DNA of 32,000 bases from Ignicoccus pacificus DSM 13166 (GCA_025340205.1 CP006868.1:420001-452000); one strand, 5' to 3'. Counted from the stretch's first letter, positions 1 through 9,169 are shown. The notes: generated from the letters alone by a model not told the origin. Made by a program: numbers and translations.

Positions 1-882
1 ATACACGTAGGCATAGGTCGAGCTCCCGGAGCGGTGGACCTCCCAATAGCTAGAGACGCCTTCGGTTTGCCCTATATCCCCGCGAGCTCTATTAAGGGAA
101 CAATAAAGTCGGCTTGTATTAGAACGTTCAATTGTAGTAGGGAAAACGCTAAGGAGTGTCCATGTCTCCAAATATATGGAAGAGATCCAAGGCTTGAGGA
201 TGAGGTCAGCAGCGAGAACTCTTATCTGAGCCCGGTGAACTTCACAGATGCGTTCCTCTTGCTATTTCCCGTAAGGGTAGACTCACCTAAGGAGGGTCTT
301 AGGTATGGCTATGTAACCTCCATGTTCAGCTTGAACAAGTTCGCTACACAAATACTCCCATTCTTAAGCAAGGAAGGAAAAGAATGGAATTTGAAGTGCT
401 GGGTCGAGGATTCAGAGTTCAGCGGCTATCTCAACGACGTTTACATAGGCGAGGTTCGGGGCACTCTCCGCCTCTCAGAGGTACCTTATATCAATGCTAT
501 CCTTGAACGCCTAGATGTTCCTATTGTCAAGTACTTACTTCAAAGGGGAGACATCTACGTTCTGAAGGATAACGATTTCAAGGAGGTGGTGGAAGCCGGA
601 ATCGTTAGACAGACAAGAGTAAGGCTTGACTTCGTTAGGAAGACCGTACAGAGGGGAGCCTTGTGGACCGAGGAGTACCTTCCGGAAGGAGCTGTCTTTA
701 GCTTCCTAACTGTGACAAAGACCGTCCTAGCAAGGAACGTAATCGTTGAAGCATCAAGGGCTATGAACGATCATGAAGAGGTTCTTAGGGAGAACTTATT
801 TACATTCGAGATAGGTGGAAAGGAAACCATAGGTAAGGGGATGGTGAGGGTAGTTGAGGGGCCTAGAGTCTGTTGCCTATGA
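1..882 (+). CDS. cmr4: Type III-B CRISPR RAMP protein Cmr4 (5' truncated by window edge)
   Basis: Frame is open from base 1: IHVGIGRAPGAVDLPIARDAFGLPYIPASSIKGTIKSA, then FPVRVDSPKEG and C-terminal GGKETIGKGMVRV (G-rich loop). These are typical Cmr4 motifs. The ORF-track start at 34 is an internal GTG. Confidence 0.9.
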   Translation: MHVGIGRAPGAVDLPIARDAFGLPYIPASSIKGTIKSACIRTFNCSRENAKECPCLQIYGRDPRLEDEVSSENSYLSPVNFTDAFLLLFPVRVDSPKEGLRYGYVTSMFSLNKFATQILPFLSKEGKEWNLKCWVEDSEFSGYLNDVYIGEVRGTLRLSEVPYINAILERLDVPIVKYLLQRGDIYVLKDNDFKEVVEAGIVRQTRVRLDFVRKTVQRGALWTEEYLPEGAVFSFLTVTKTVLARNVIVEASRAMNDHEEVLRENLFTFEIGGKETIGKGMVRVVEGPRVCCL

Positions 883-883
883 C

Positions 884-1456
884 ATGAGCGTTGCAGCTTG
901 CAAGATGTTGGGTGCCCTTGCCAGCTCTTGTGATACCAGAAACGTGAAGGACTATCCAGACAGCTTGTACAGCAGGGCCAGAAGCGCTCCCCAGCTCATG
1001 GCCACTTGGGGGCCGGCCCACTTCTTGATCTTCTATGCATCTAAGAGCTTGGATGATATCGACTCGAGAAGGGCAGAATTCCTTTGGAGAGCATGGAAAA
1101 GTGTAATGATGGGAAGGGATAGGGAGGAAGTGAAGGGATTTGTAGCGTGTGAGATAGTTAGTAAGATTAGCGACACCTCGATGGGCTACCTCCTCTATAC
1201 GTTAGCGCTCTCAGAGGCTATAGTTAGGCTGATGGAAAGGGAACAGAACTTCGGAAGACTAGATGAGCTATTCGATTTCGTAATAAGGCTTTACGTTAAG
1301 CCGGAGGAAGGGAAGGAGCTGGGAGCTCCCAGCGTCGGAACGCTGAACCTCTTAGTCCAGACGCTCAGCAGACTAATTGAAACTAAGGTCCTACCAATAG
1401 TAAATACAAGAGGTACAGATGCCAAGATAGAATACATGATTCAAAACTGCTGGTGA
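884..1456 (+). CDS. cmr5: Type III-B CRISPR small subunit Cmr5 (ORF open from 854; ATG at 884 fits operon spacing better)
   Basis: SRARSAPQLMATWGPAHFLIFYASKS resembles the Cmr5 helical core; sits between cmr4 and cmr1. Confidence 0.75.
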   Translation: MSVAACKMLGALASSCDTRNVKDYPDSLYSRARSAPQLMATWGPAHFLIFYASKSLDDIDSRRAEFLWRAWKSVMMGRDREEVKGFVACEIVSKISDTSMGYLLYTLALSEAIVRLMEREQNFGRLDELFDFVIRLYVKPEEGKELGAPSVGTLNLLVQTLSRLIETKVLPIVNTRGTDAKIEYMIQNCW

Positions 1457-1460
1457 GAAC

Positions 1461-2888
1461 ATGCAAGAAATCCTAGCAGATGTTGAGAACCTCTATGAAA
1501 CTGAAATGAAGAAAGAGGATATAGTAAACGTTGAAATGGAGAACTTAACTCCAGCGTTAGTGGGAGGGTGGACTGGCCATTCCATAATCGATCCAGAAAG
1601 GTGCTTAGCGGAGGGAGTCAGGCCTACCGACATAGCTGGTAAGCTGAGGTGGTGGCTGAGGGCTGCTATAGCTGGAGCGATATACGAGAAGATGTTAAGA
1701 GAAAAGTGTGGAGACGATCTAGATTGTGTAGGTAGAGAGCTTCCTACTTTGAGGAAGATAAATGAGATAGCTGGAGAGATACTGATGGGATACGTTATAG
1801 GAAGCAGAGCCCTCGCATCTAAGATATCGATAATCGTTGAGGGAAATGATGAAAGGCCTAGAGTTGAGTGTAGAAATCCGAAGGTTAGGAGAAAGACAAG
1901 GAATTGTGAGAGCTATGATAGGGATTACTACAGAGGCGAGTGTGATGAGTTGGCAAAAGAATCACCACGAGTTGCCTTGAGAATTAGCGGATGTGAAAAG
2001 AAAGGTATTGATGAGTGTACTGGAAATGTACCCTATCCTCCTGGTTTCTATAAGTTCAAGCTCAGAATAGTGGAAAGGTCAGGAGCTAAGTTAAGTTTCG
2101 AAGAGAAGGAGCTAATCAAGAGGTTGTTGGTACTTGCCTCAAGTACAGGGTTGATTGGAAGTATGGTCACTAGAGGATATGGTATAGCAACGTTCTCTCA
2201 TGCTATCTTCCCTTTGTTATCCCAATCTTGCTTAGTTGCACTGATAGTTGAGATGAACGATATATTAAAAGGTACTTCATGCTATTATGTTCTCGAGAAT
2301 GATGAAGACCATTCCAAGGAACTTAAAAAGATCGTATTCATCCTACATCCCAATTTAATCATTTTAGAGAATAAGAGATACATCCTCAAGTATAGCGTCT
2401 CAGATATGTATGATCTTGTTAAATGTTTGTCAGTCCTAACTAGACTTCGGAGCAAAGATAGAATATTTAATATTTCAAGGCTTTTTGACTTTATAACTCA
2501 AATAAAAAGCGGTCGAGGTAGAAATCTCTTCCCCTTTGACATCTTAGGGGGACCGAGGGTTAAAGGCGGAGACGAACGTATAGTAAGCAGTCTGCGCGTA
2601 GTGGTATCCAAAAAAGATAAAGAGGCAATCTTCTACAAAATTGGATTGGTGCCTTCTTCAATAGCTTTAATGGGAGCTGAGAAGGGTGGTATTCTCGAAA
2701 GTATAAGTATACAGTTCGGATTTTATTATTGTGCTAAAAGAGATAAAACATGCAATGATTTGCAATGTTGTGATGAAATCTTTGTCAAAGACGTTAGAAA
2801 TTTTATATTCGATGAAATTGGGCTAACAAAGTTGCTAGAGAAGTTTGTTAATACAAAACTAAACCTTGGTGATAATCATGATCCCTAA
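1461..2888 (+). CDS. cmr1: Type III-B CRISPR RAMP protein Cmr1
   Basis: NLTPALVGGWTGHS...RPTDIAGKLRWWLRAAIAGAIY matches the Cmr1 N-terminal signature; GSMVTRGYGIATF is a G-rich loop. Confidence 0.88.
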   Translation: MQEILADVENLYETEMKKEDIVNVEMENLTPALVGGWTGHSIIDPERCLAEGVRPTDIAGKLRWWLRAAIAGAIYEKMLREKCGDDLDCVGRELPTLRKINEIAGEILMGYVIGSRALASKISIIVEGNDERPRVECRNPKVRRKTRNCESYDRDYYRGECDELAKESPRVALRISGCEKKGIDECTGNVPYPPGFYKFKLRIVERSGAKLSFEEKELIKRLLVLASSTGLIGSMVTRGYGIATFSHAIFPLLSQSCLVALIVEMNDILKGTSCYYVLENDEDHSKELKKIVFILHPNLIILENKRYILKYSVSDMYDLVKCLSVLTRLRSKDRIFNISRLFDFITQIKSGRGRNLFPFDILGGPRVKGGDERIVSSLRVVVSKKDKEAIFYKIGLVPSSIALMGAEKGGILESISIQFGFYYCAKRDKTCNDLQCCDEIFVKDVRNFIFDEIGLTKLLEKFVNTKLNLGDNHDP

Positions 2889-3771
2889 AGACCTCCTCTA
2901 CGATTACTGGAAAAGTATAATGACAAAAGACGGCAGAAAAGATACCATAAAGAGGGAGATAATCCACACCTACCTAGACCTCATCAACTTCAACGCGAGG
3001 GAAGTAGCCCCGGTGATCGCCGAACACACGGAAAGGATCGTAGAAACGCTTTCCAACAGGAACTCAATCACCGTCATAGACACCGTAGCCAAGGCGGTCT
3101 ACAGAGTGAGACACGGCACGAGCAATTACTTGCTCCCCTTGGAGTGGGGCCTCACCTTGCACCCCATCTACAAGGTCCCCTACATCCCCGGCTCCGCGGT
3201 GAAGGGAGTCCTCAGAGCCGCCTTCATCTCCTTGCTCTTTGAGAAGTACTTCAACGAGCCTCCAGAGGAAGAGGAGCTTAGGGAGTTCTTGAAGGAAGCC
3301 AACAAGGTCGCCTCACACCTCTTCGGGAGCACGAACGACGAACCTCCCTTTACTGGCAAGTCCTTGATCACCGCCTACGACTCCTACCCCATAGAGCCCG
3401 GAATAGCCGGCCTCTACGTAATAGGCGACGTGCTAACGCCTCACTACCCTACTACAAGGGAGCTCAAGGACGAGCTAGATGCCGAGCCGAGGCCCATCAT
3501 AGGGCTAAGCGTAGCGGAGGGAACGAGGTTCCGATTTGTAATTACAATCGATAAGTCGAGGAGAGATGCGATAGAGAATGCGAAGGAAGGGGTCAAGGAG
3601 CTGCTACATCTAAACGACAACAGCCCGCTTCTGATAAACCTGAACGTGAATAGGATACACATCTTCGTGGGCGCTCTACTGATGAAGGCATTCAGGGAGG
3701 TGGGAGTGGGAGGGAAGACCACGAGGGGCTACGGCTACTTCTCCATAGTCTCGATGAGAGCTAGTGGGTAG
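2866..3771 (+). CDS. cmr6: Type III-B CRISPR RAMP protein Cmr6
   Basis: LTLHPIYKVPYIPGSAVKGVLRAAF, DVLTPHYPTT, GVGGKTTRGYGYF; overlaps the end of cmr1 by 23 nt. Confidence 0.88.
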   Translation: MVIIMIPKDLLYDYWKSIMTKDGRKDTIKREIIHTYLDLINFNAREVAPVIAEHTERIVETLSNRNSITVIDTVAKAVYRVRHGTSNYLLPLEWGLTLHPIYKVPYIPGSAVKGVLRAAFISLLFEKYFNEPPEEEELREFLKEANKVASHLFGSTNDEPPFTGKSLITAYDSYPIEPGIAGLYVIGDVLTPHYPTTRELKDELDAEPRPIIGLSVAEGTRFRFVITIDKSRRDAIENAKEGVKELLHLNDNSPLLINLNVNRIHIFVGALLMKAFREVGVGGKTTRGYGYFSIVSMRASG

Positions 3772-4027
3772 CGGAGGCCTTGACCCCTTCTGCTTTAGGA
3801 GGGGTCAGCTTCACCACCTCTTCTACCCCAAACACCTCCTTTATCACGTCTTCCATGCCTTCTGGAAACACAACGTATGCCTTGTTCCCCTTCAATCCTA
3901 TTCCGTATACCTTCTTCCCTTCAATTTCCATTTCCGGTATCAGTACGTCGGGATCTATCTTCTTGATAATCCAAAGGGCTAACGCGGCCTTCCCTATCTC
4001 CTCGTTAATTTTCTCTAAAAGCTCCAC
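3761..4027 (-). CDS. Small protein, paralog of the 4486-4713 ORF; candidate antitoxin or PIN partner
   Basis: Core IEGKKVYGIGLKGNKAYVVFPEGMEDVIKEVF is nearly identical to the 4486-4713 product. Overlaps the PIN gene by 23 nt and the cmr6 end by 11 nt (convergent). Confidence 0.7.
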   Translation of the reverse strand: MELLEKINEEIGKAALALWIIKKIDPDVLIPEMEIEGKKVYGIGLKGNKAYVVFPEGMEDVIKEVFGVEEVVKLTPPKAEGVKASATH

Positions 4028-4505
4028 AGTACGTACCCAAGAATTCCCCTACTTTCAGCACTTTTACGTTGCAAGTCTCCAGCTCTTGCTTCACCTCTTC
4101 GAAATCCTTATCGTTGCTCAAGATTATCGAGGGTGTGGAGTATAGTGCTAACATCAACACGTGTAAATCCTTGGGATCTCTTGAGGCCATACGTTCCAAA
4201 GCACCTTCACAAAGGTGATCCACGCTTACGTCGCTCAAGTCAACGATTTCCATTCTTTTTAAGCTATCTATCCAAAAGGTGAGCAAGTTGTCAAGTACCT
4301 CGTCGAGCGATACTTTACCTTTTCTTAATCTCCTTAGCAACAATTTGGCTATGTTCTCTTTATGCTCCTCTATCTCGCTTACTATTTCATAGCTTAACGT
4401 TAACGTCCAGGAGCGCGAGGAGATGCATTCCTTCAATTTGTTGTATAACTTCGGATTCGATAGCAACATAAAAATAACGTTTGTATCAAGTATTACTCTC
4501 AACAA
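4005..4505 (-). CDS. PIN-domain nuclease (VapC-like)
   Basis: Starts MLRVILDTNVIFMLLS; C-terminal DPKDLHVLMLALYSTPSIILSNDKDFEEV. Spaced acidic residues (D-T-N...E...DxxD...NDxDF) are typical of PIN. Confidence 0.85.
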   Translation of the reverse strand: MLRVILDTNVIFMLLSNPKLYNKLKECISSRSWTLTLSYEIVSEIEEHKENIAKLLLRRLRKGKVSLDEVLDNLLTFWIDSLKRMEIVDLSDVSVDHLCEGALERMASRDPKDLHVLMLALYSTPSIILSNDKDFEEVKQELETCNVKVLKVGEFLGTYCGAFREN

Positions 4506-4713
4506 CTACTACCTCCTTTTTGAAGATTTTCTTTATCTCATCTTCCATGCCTTCTGGAAACACCACGTAGACTTTCCCATCCTTTAGGCCCACTCCGTAT
4601 ACCTTCTTCCCTTTAATTATAATTCTAGGAATGACCACATTTGCTCCCAATCTCTTGAGTACGTCTTTAGCGATCAGCGCCTTATCCACTGTCTCCCCAA
4701 GGTCCCTTTGCAA
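4486..4713 (-). CDS. Small protein, paralog of the 3761-4027 ORF; candidate antitoxin (true start may be GTG at 4689)
   Basis: IKGKKVYGVGLKDGKVYVVFPEGMEDEIKKIF; overlaps the PIN gene by 20 nt. A TATA-like caaatatcta (about 4719-4728) sits too close to the TTG at 4713, so a near-leaderless start at GTG 4689 is plausible. Confidence 0.65.
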   Translation of the reverse strand: MQRDLGETVDKALIAKDVLKRLGANVVIPRIIIKGKKVYGVGLKDGKVYVVFPEGMEDEIKKIFKKEVVVVESNT

Positions 4714-4791
4714 AACCTAGATATTTGAAGGACATTCCCGCCGTGAAGTCCTTATTTCCCTTCTTCTTCCCACCTTATTGGGACTCACGCT

Positions 4792-5553
4792 TTGTTGAAA
4801 AAGAGAATAATTCCTTGTCTTGACGTGAAGGACGGAAGGGTGGTAAAGGGGGTTCACTTCGAGAACTTGAGGGACGCCGGAGATCCGGTTGAGCTGGCAG
4901 CTAGGTACGAGGAGGAGGGGGCGGACGAGATAGTGTTCCTGGACATCTCCGCGACCCCCGAAGGGAGGGAGACCATGGTAAACGTCGTGAGGGAGACCGC
5001 CTCCGTCCTCAGCGTTCCCTTGACCGTCGGAGGAGGAGTTAGGACCTTGGAGCACTTCGCGAAGCTCCTCTCCTCCGGAGCTGATAAAGTCAGTATAAAC
5101 ACGGCAGCTGTCAAGAATCCCAACCTGATAACGGTCGCCGCCTCCGAGTTCGGATCCCAAGCGGTAGTGGTCGCAATAGACGCCAAGAGGGTGAAGGACA
5201 AGTGGGAGGTCTACGTGAGCGCCGGAAAGGTTCCCACTGGCCTCGACGCCGTGGAGTGGGCGAAGAAGGTGGAGGAGCTGGGGGCCGGGGAGATCTTGCT
5301 TACCTCTATCGACTACGACGGAACTCAAAGGGGATATGATCTGGAGCTTACGAGGGCAATAAGCGAGGCCGTCTCGATCCCCGTCATAGCTTCCGGAGGA
5401 GCTGGAAATCCCCAGCACATCTACGAGGCCTTTGCAGTAGGAAAGGCCGACGCCGCCCTAGCAGCCTCCATATTCCATTATAGGAAGTACTCGATAATGG
5501 AGGTGAAGAGGTACCTAGCGGAAAGGGGAATTCCGGTTAGGCTTGACGTGTGA
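4792..5553 (+). CDS. hisF: Imidazole glycerol phosphate synthase subunit HisF
   Basis: [32 protein letters not shown]...[31 protein letters not shown]; TIM barrel HisF signature. Confidence 0.97.
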   Translation: MLKKRIIPCLDVKDGRVVKGVHFENLRDAGDPVELAARYEEEGADEIVFLDISATPEGRETMVNVVRETASVLSVPLTVGGGVRTLEHFAKLLSSGADKVSINTAAVKNPNLITVAASEFGSQAVVVAIDAKRVKDKWEVYVSAGKVPTGLDAVEWAKKVEELGAGEILLTSIDYDGTQRGYDLELTRAISEAVSIPVIASGGAGNPQHIYEAFAVGKADAALAASIFHYRKYSIMEVKRYLAERGIPVRLDV

Positions 5554-5977
5554 GCTCCCTTATCTTCTCCACCAGATCTCTGCATGGAGGCTCGCACTCC
5601 ACGACGGTTATCTTATCAAAGCCTTCTGGCCAGAACACTTGGAGACCGTCGACGAGGGCTTCAACGTCCAAGTACCCGGTGAGAGTAGCTGTAGCCAGCT
5701 TAGCTAACTGATAATTGTCCTTAACCTCCTTCTTCTTAGGCTTGTACACGTAGGTCCCCGGCTTCCTCCCCTCCCTCCTCTTCACGGCCACAATGATGAG
5801 CTCCTCCCCTCCTTTCTCTTTAATTAAATCGACGACGGTAGGAGCATCGGCTGTAGCGTCTATCACCTCTATTCCCTGAGCCTTGAGCTCTTCGCCGAAA
5901 GGACCCTCGAAGAGATCCAAAAGGGAATAGGATGCCTCGTCCGAGGAGCTTGCAATAAAACCGATTACCTTCTTCAT
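5537..5977 (-). CDS. Conserved hypothetical protein
   Basis: 146-aa ORF with normal composition and no strong opposite ORF; overlaps the hisF 3' end by 17 nt and abuts the 5974-6189 ORF. Confidence 0.6.
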   Translation of the reverse strand: MKKVIGFIASSSDEASYSLLDLFEGPFGEELKAQGIEVIDATADAPTVVDLIKEKGGEELIIVAVKRREGRKPGTYVYKPKKKEVKDNYQLAKLATATLTGYLDVEALVDGLQVFWPEGFDKITVVECEPPCRDLVEKIRELTRQA

Positions 5978-6189
5978 TTCTTGCTCTCCAGGAGCTTCTT
6001 CAAGAGGGCGTTCAAATCGCTTGCCTCCTCCTTAGGAACGCCCAGAGCCGAGGCTATGTCTAAAAGCTTGCTTTCGTATTGCTTAGCGTCCTTGAAGGTG
6101 TAGAGTTCTAACAAGCTCTCAAAGGGATTTACCAAGTCCTTTATGACGTCCTCAAGCTCCTTGCTTACCAAGGATAGGAGAAACTTCAT
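5974..6189 (-). CDS. Small helical hypothetical protein
   Basis: 71 aa; stop/start overlap with the downstream 5537-5977 ORF suggests translational coupling. Confidence 0.5.
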   Translation of the reverse strand: MKFLLSLVSKELEDVIKDLVNPFESLLELYTFKDAKQYESKLLDIASALGVPKEEASDLNALLKKLLESKK

Positions 6190-6239
6190 CCGGAGCCCTC
6201 TATTAGCTCCTAACTCCTCTCATAAAAACCTTCTGGACG

Positions 6240-6473
6240 TTAACCGGTGAAGTAGGGGCTGTACCTTATGAGCTCGCTTACCTTCTGGTTCAGAGCTTGT
6301 AGCTGTTGCGCCATCTGGCTCATGTCCTCGGTCAGCTTGCTCACGCTGTGGGTGACGCTCTCCAACCTGGCATTCATGCTAAAGCTAACGACTATTAGTA
6401 GCACGAAAGTGACTAGGGCTATTCCGAGGGCTATTAGGCTCACGTCGACCGTACCTAACCTAATCCTTCTCAC
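6240..6473 (-). CDS. Small membrane protein: one transmembrane segment followed by a predicted coiled coil
   Basis: VSLIALGIALVTFVLLIVVSFSM hydrophobic stretch, then heptad-like LTEDMSQMAQQLQALNQKVSEL. Confidence 0.5.
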   Translation of the reverse strand: MRRIRLGTVDVSLIALGIALVTFVLLIVVSFSMNARLESVTHSVSKLTEDMSQMAQQLQALNQKVSELIRYSPYFTG

Positions 6474-6509
6474 GCCAATCCCCGTTTCTGGGGATAGTGG
6501 CGGGGAAGA

Positions 6510-7058
6510 CTAATAAAGGGGTGAGGGAGGGGAAGCAATTACCTTCCTCGCCTTGACCATCATATCGAAGACTGGGTCGTCCGAGGAGTAAATATCATAC
6601 TTAACTACGCTTTTACCTAGAATGACCAAGGAAGCACTCGTACTAGGCCATAGGTTCCCTCCTTTACTTTCAGCTTCCAGAGCAGCTAGGAAGACCGCCT
6701 TGAGGGGATCCTCCTCTTGGACCGAGCAGAGGGCCTTGAGCGTTCCCCTCTTGAGGCCGTTTCCGGCGCAGAACAAGTTCCCTCTCTTGACATGCCCCTT
6801 TTCGGGAGCTGTTCCGAAGCCGGTGAAGGCTCCCCAGTCCCCATCTATCGAAACAGCCAAGGCTTGCCTGTACCCAGCCTTCGGATCGCTCAGCATGACC
6901 TCTTGAACGGCCTTCTCGAATCCTAACCTCTTAGCCGTGGATAGAATTTGGAATGCCAGCTTGCGGGAAGATAAAGCTTGCACCACCGCTATGCCATCAG
7001 CGGTGAAGGCTACTGCCCTGTTCCCCACCCCAGGTCTGGGAGATACGGTGAGACTCAC
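6510..7058 (-). CDS. DUF1028 family protein
   Basis: LSDPKAGYRQALAVSIDGDWGAFTGFGTAPEKGHVKRGNLFCAGNGL matches the DUF1028 pattern. Confidence 0.75.
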   Translation of the reverse strand: MSLTVSPRPGVGNRAVAFTADGIAVVQALSSRKLAFQILSTAKRLGFEKAVQEVMLSDPKAGYRQALAVSIDGDWGAFTGFGTAPEKGHVKRGNLFCAGNGLKRGTLKALCSVQEEDPLKAVFLAALEAESKGGNLWPSTSASLVILGKSVVKYDIYSSDDPVFDMMVKARKVIASPPSPLY

Positions 7059-7206
7059 TAGGTATCCCTTTCCCCTCGCTATTACCGTGTAGGTTATCCT
7101 CCCTCACCCCGATAGGTAATAGGATGGAAGGGAATGAGTAGTTAGCATGCCTATTAAGACCGGGGTCACCCGGGGAGATGACCCGGGTATTCTAGAGGTA
7201 AGAAAG

Positions 7207-7740
7207 TTAGTTGGGAGCTTGTGCCTTGAGGGCCTTCTTCCTCTTGATCTGCTCCCTCAGCTTGTTCTCGATCTCTAGAGCGGTCTTCTTGATCAAGTCT
7301 TGGTGCTTCACGGCTATGTGGGGCTCCGCGTGGTTGGTGTGGATGGGAGCCTTGCAGATCTTGCAGTAGCCGTCCTCCACTATGGGCTCTATCTCCATGA
7401 TCAGCGGCCAAGCTAGCTTCATGAGCTTGACCACCAGCGGGGCCCTGGCCTTGCTCACCAGCTGGTAAGCGGCGCTCTTGAGCTGCGCCTTCTGGACCCC
7501 GTGCTTGAGGGAGGCCTGGCTGGGGGACTCGTTGTTTACCAAGTAATCATACAGAGCGTTGAGTACGTCCTTGCGCCCAGCCAGGGCCTTAAGGGCCAAG
7601 TACTCGAGAACTGCCCGGCGCTCCTCCGCGAGCCTCTTCTTGCGCTCATCTGCGAGTTGCAAGCGATACACCCGTGATTCTACTGTAGTCGTAGCCTTAA
7701 AAATTGATATGAAGCGTTTGAAGGCGTGATCATCGAACAC
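7207..7740 (-). CDS. Hypothetical protein with C-terminal C2H2-like zinc-binding motif
   Basis: EDGYCKICKAPIHTNHAEPHIAVKH (CxxC...H...H) after a basic helical region. Confidence 0.6.
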   Translation of the reverse strand: MFDDHAFKRFISIFKATTTVESRVYRLQLADERKKRLAEERRAVLEYLALKALAGRKDVLNALYDYLVNNESPSQASLKHGVQKAQLKSAAYQLVSKARAPLVVKLMKLAWPLIMEIEPIVEDGYCKICKAPIHTNHAEPHIAVKHQDLIKKTALEIENKLREQIKRKKALKAQAPN

Positions 7741-8263
7741 AGTTCGCCGAAAGTAAGACTAAAGTCCTTTTCGAGGGGTCAAAGGTGGGCTTCCATGCAC
7801 ATCCGGGCCTTACCCTTCGCATCCCTCGGCAAACCTCACGAATTGTGTTAACTGTGTCAAAGTGCGCCTTCACACCAGGTTCCCAAACCGCAAGTGGAAT
7901 TATTGCTCTATACTTTCGCTGACCGATTAGTCCGCAAGCCTCCTTGGCGTCCAAATACCACAGTCCTCCCATGGGTATCATTAAGACGTCTCCCTCCGGT
8001 AGTTCCGTTCTCTTGCTCAGACCTCCCGTGTGTACCAAGGTCATTCCTCCAACTTCTATTATATGAACCTTTATGGGACCTCTAGGACCCGGCGCCCTAA
8101 CGCTTTTCCACTTGAAAGGACCGTACTCCCCCTCGTCCTCACTCACACCTCCTATCGGTGGAGAACCGCTGTAGAGGGACCTACCCACCCCGCTGTCAAT
8201 TGAAAGAGTGAATCCATCGTATTTAAGGATAACTCCGAGTATGCCCTTTCTCTTAATAATCAA
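7730..8263 (-). CDS. Hypothetical protein, possibly a divergent metallo-beta-lactamase-fold protein
   Basis: DGFTLSIDSG...KVHIIEVGGMTLVHTGGLSKR...GDVLMIPMGGLWYLDAKEA...YRAIIPLAVWEPG resembles UPF0173-like hydrolases without a canonical HxHxDH. Confidence 0.5.
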   Translation of the reverse strand: MIIKRKGILGVILKYDGFTLSIDSGVGRSLYSGSPPIGGVSEDEGEYGPFKWKSVRAPGPRGPIKVHIIEVGGMTLVHTGGLSKRTELPEGDVLMIPMGGLWYLDAKEACGLIGQRKYRAIIPLAVWEPGVKAHFDTVNTIREVCRGMRRVRPGCAWKPTFDPSKRTLVLLSANCVR

Positions 8264-9087
8264 AGCCTTGAGAGCACCTCCAGGGCCCCTCTCACCATGT
8301 TCCTCTCGGTAACTATTCCGTCGGGAGAGTCCTTGGGGCCCACCAAGACAGCTTCCTTCCCCTTCGCGACCATTAAAGCGGCCACTTGGGATATTGGCGT
8401 GGAAGGAGGAACCACCTCGGTAGGCTCCACGACCTCGTCGGCTGGAGCGGAGAGGGACTCCTCTATGCCCTTCCTCACTAGGTCAGTCATGTTTACTATT
8501 CCTATCACCTTGCCCTCCTTGGACATAACCAAGTGCCTCGTCCATAGCTCCATCATTAGCTCTAACACTTCCCTAACTGAGGAGCCAGCCAGAACGTAGG
8601 TGCTTATGTTGGTAGTTATGTTCTCGACCCTCTCTATCGATGGTACCACAGCTAGGAACTTGACCAGATCCTTCTCGGTAACTATGCCCTGTATCCTGTC
8701 CATGTCATCCACTATCACTACCGAGCCCACCCCGGCCTCCAGCATCAGCTCCACAGCCTTGAGGAGGGGGACGTCTGGAGTAACTTTCACAGGCTGAACG
8801 TTTATGTGATCGGAGACCTTCTCCTTCTCCAAGGCCTCCCTTCCGCCCTGTAGGAGAACGGAAGCTATCTCCCTCATTCCAATCATTCCTATTAGCCTAT
8901 TGCTGGAGTCCTTTACCGGCAAGTGCCTTATCCTAAGCTCTATCATTAGGTTAGCGGCGCTCATGAGGTCGTTCTCAGGGGAGATCCCTATCACCCTCTT
9001 GGTGGCGTAGTCCATGACGTTGACGTAATGCCTTCTCCACTCGCTTCCCCATTCCAAGGCTTGAAACCCCCAGATCTCAAGGAGCAA
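8260..9087 (-). CDS. Protein with multiple CBS domains (start possibly at internal Met near 9018)
   Basis: Repeated CBS-like motifs: IRHLPVKDSSNRLIGMIGMREI, VGSVVIVDDMDRIQGIVTEKDL, TRHLVMSKEGKVIGIVNMTDL, KEAVLVGPKDSPDGIVTERNMV. Confidence 0.9.
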   Translation of the reverse strand: MLLEIWGFQALEWGSEWRRHYVNVMDYATKRVIGISPENDLMSAANLMIELRIRHLPVKDSSNRLIGMIGMREIASVLLQGGREALEKEKVSDHINVQPVKVTPDVPLLKAVELMLEAGVGSVVIVDDMDRIQGIVTEKDLVKFLAVVPSIERVENITTNISTYVLAGSSVREVLELMMELWTRHLVMSKEGKVIGIVNMTDLVRKGIEESLSAPADEVVEPTEVVPPSTPISQVAALMVAKGKEAVLVGPKDSPDGIVTERNMVRGALEVLSRL

Positions 9088-9169
9088 GTGGTTTCAAGCG
9101 TTGAGGTCCTCGATGAGGTGCGCACAAGGGTGATAGGGCCCGGAAGGTAGGAGATCACGGGATCTAGGT

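Noticed and set aside
3764-4145. 72-aa and 121-aa plus-strand ORFs opposite the PIN cassette
   Set aside because: They mirror the paralogous small genes on the minus strand, whose shared protein motif shows that strand is coding.
4717-5418. 233-aa minus-strand ORF opposite hisF
   Set aside because: Antisense shadow of a clear HisF coding sequence; low-complexity and implausible composition.
7060-7206. Possible tRNA or C/D sRNA in the gap between 7058 and 7207
   Set aside because: No GTTCNANNC-type T-loop, acceptor pairing or C/D boxes could be identified; only the inverted repeat at 7159-7188 is supported.
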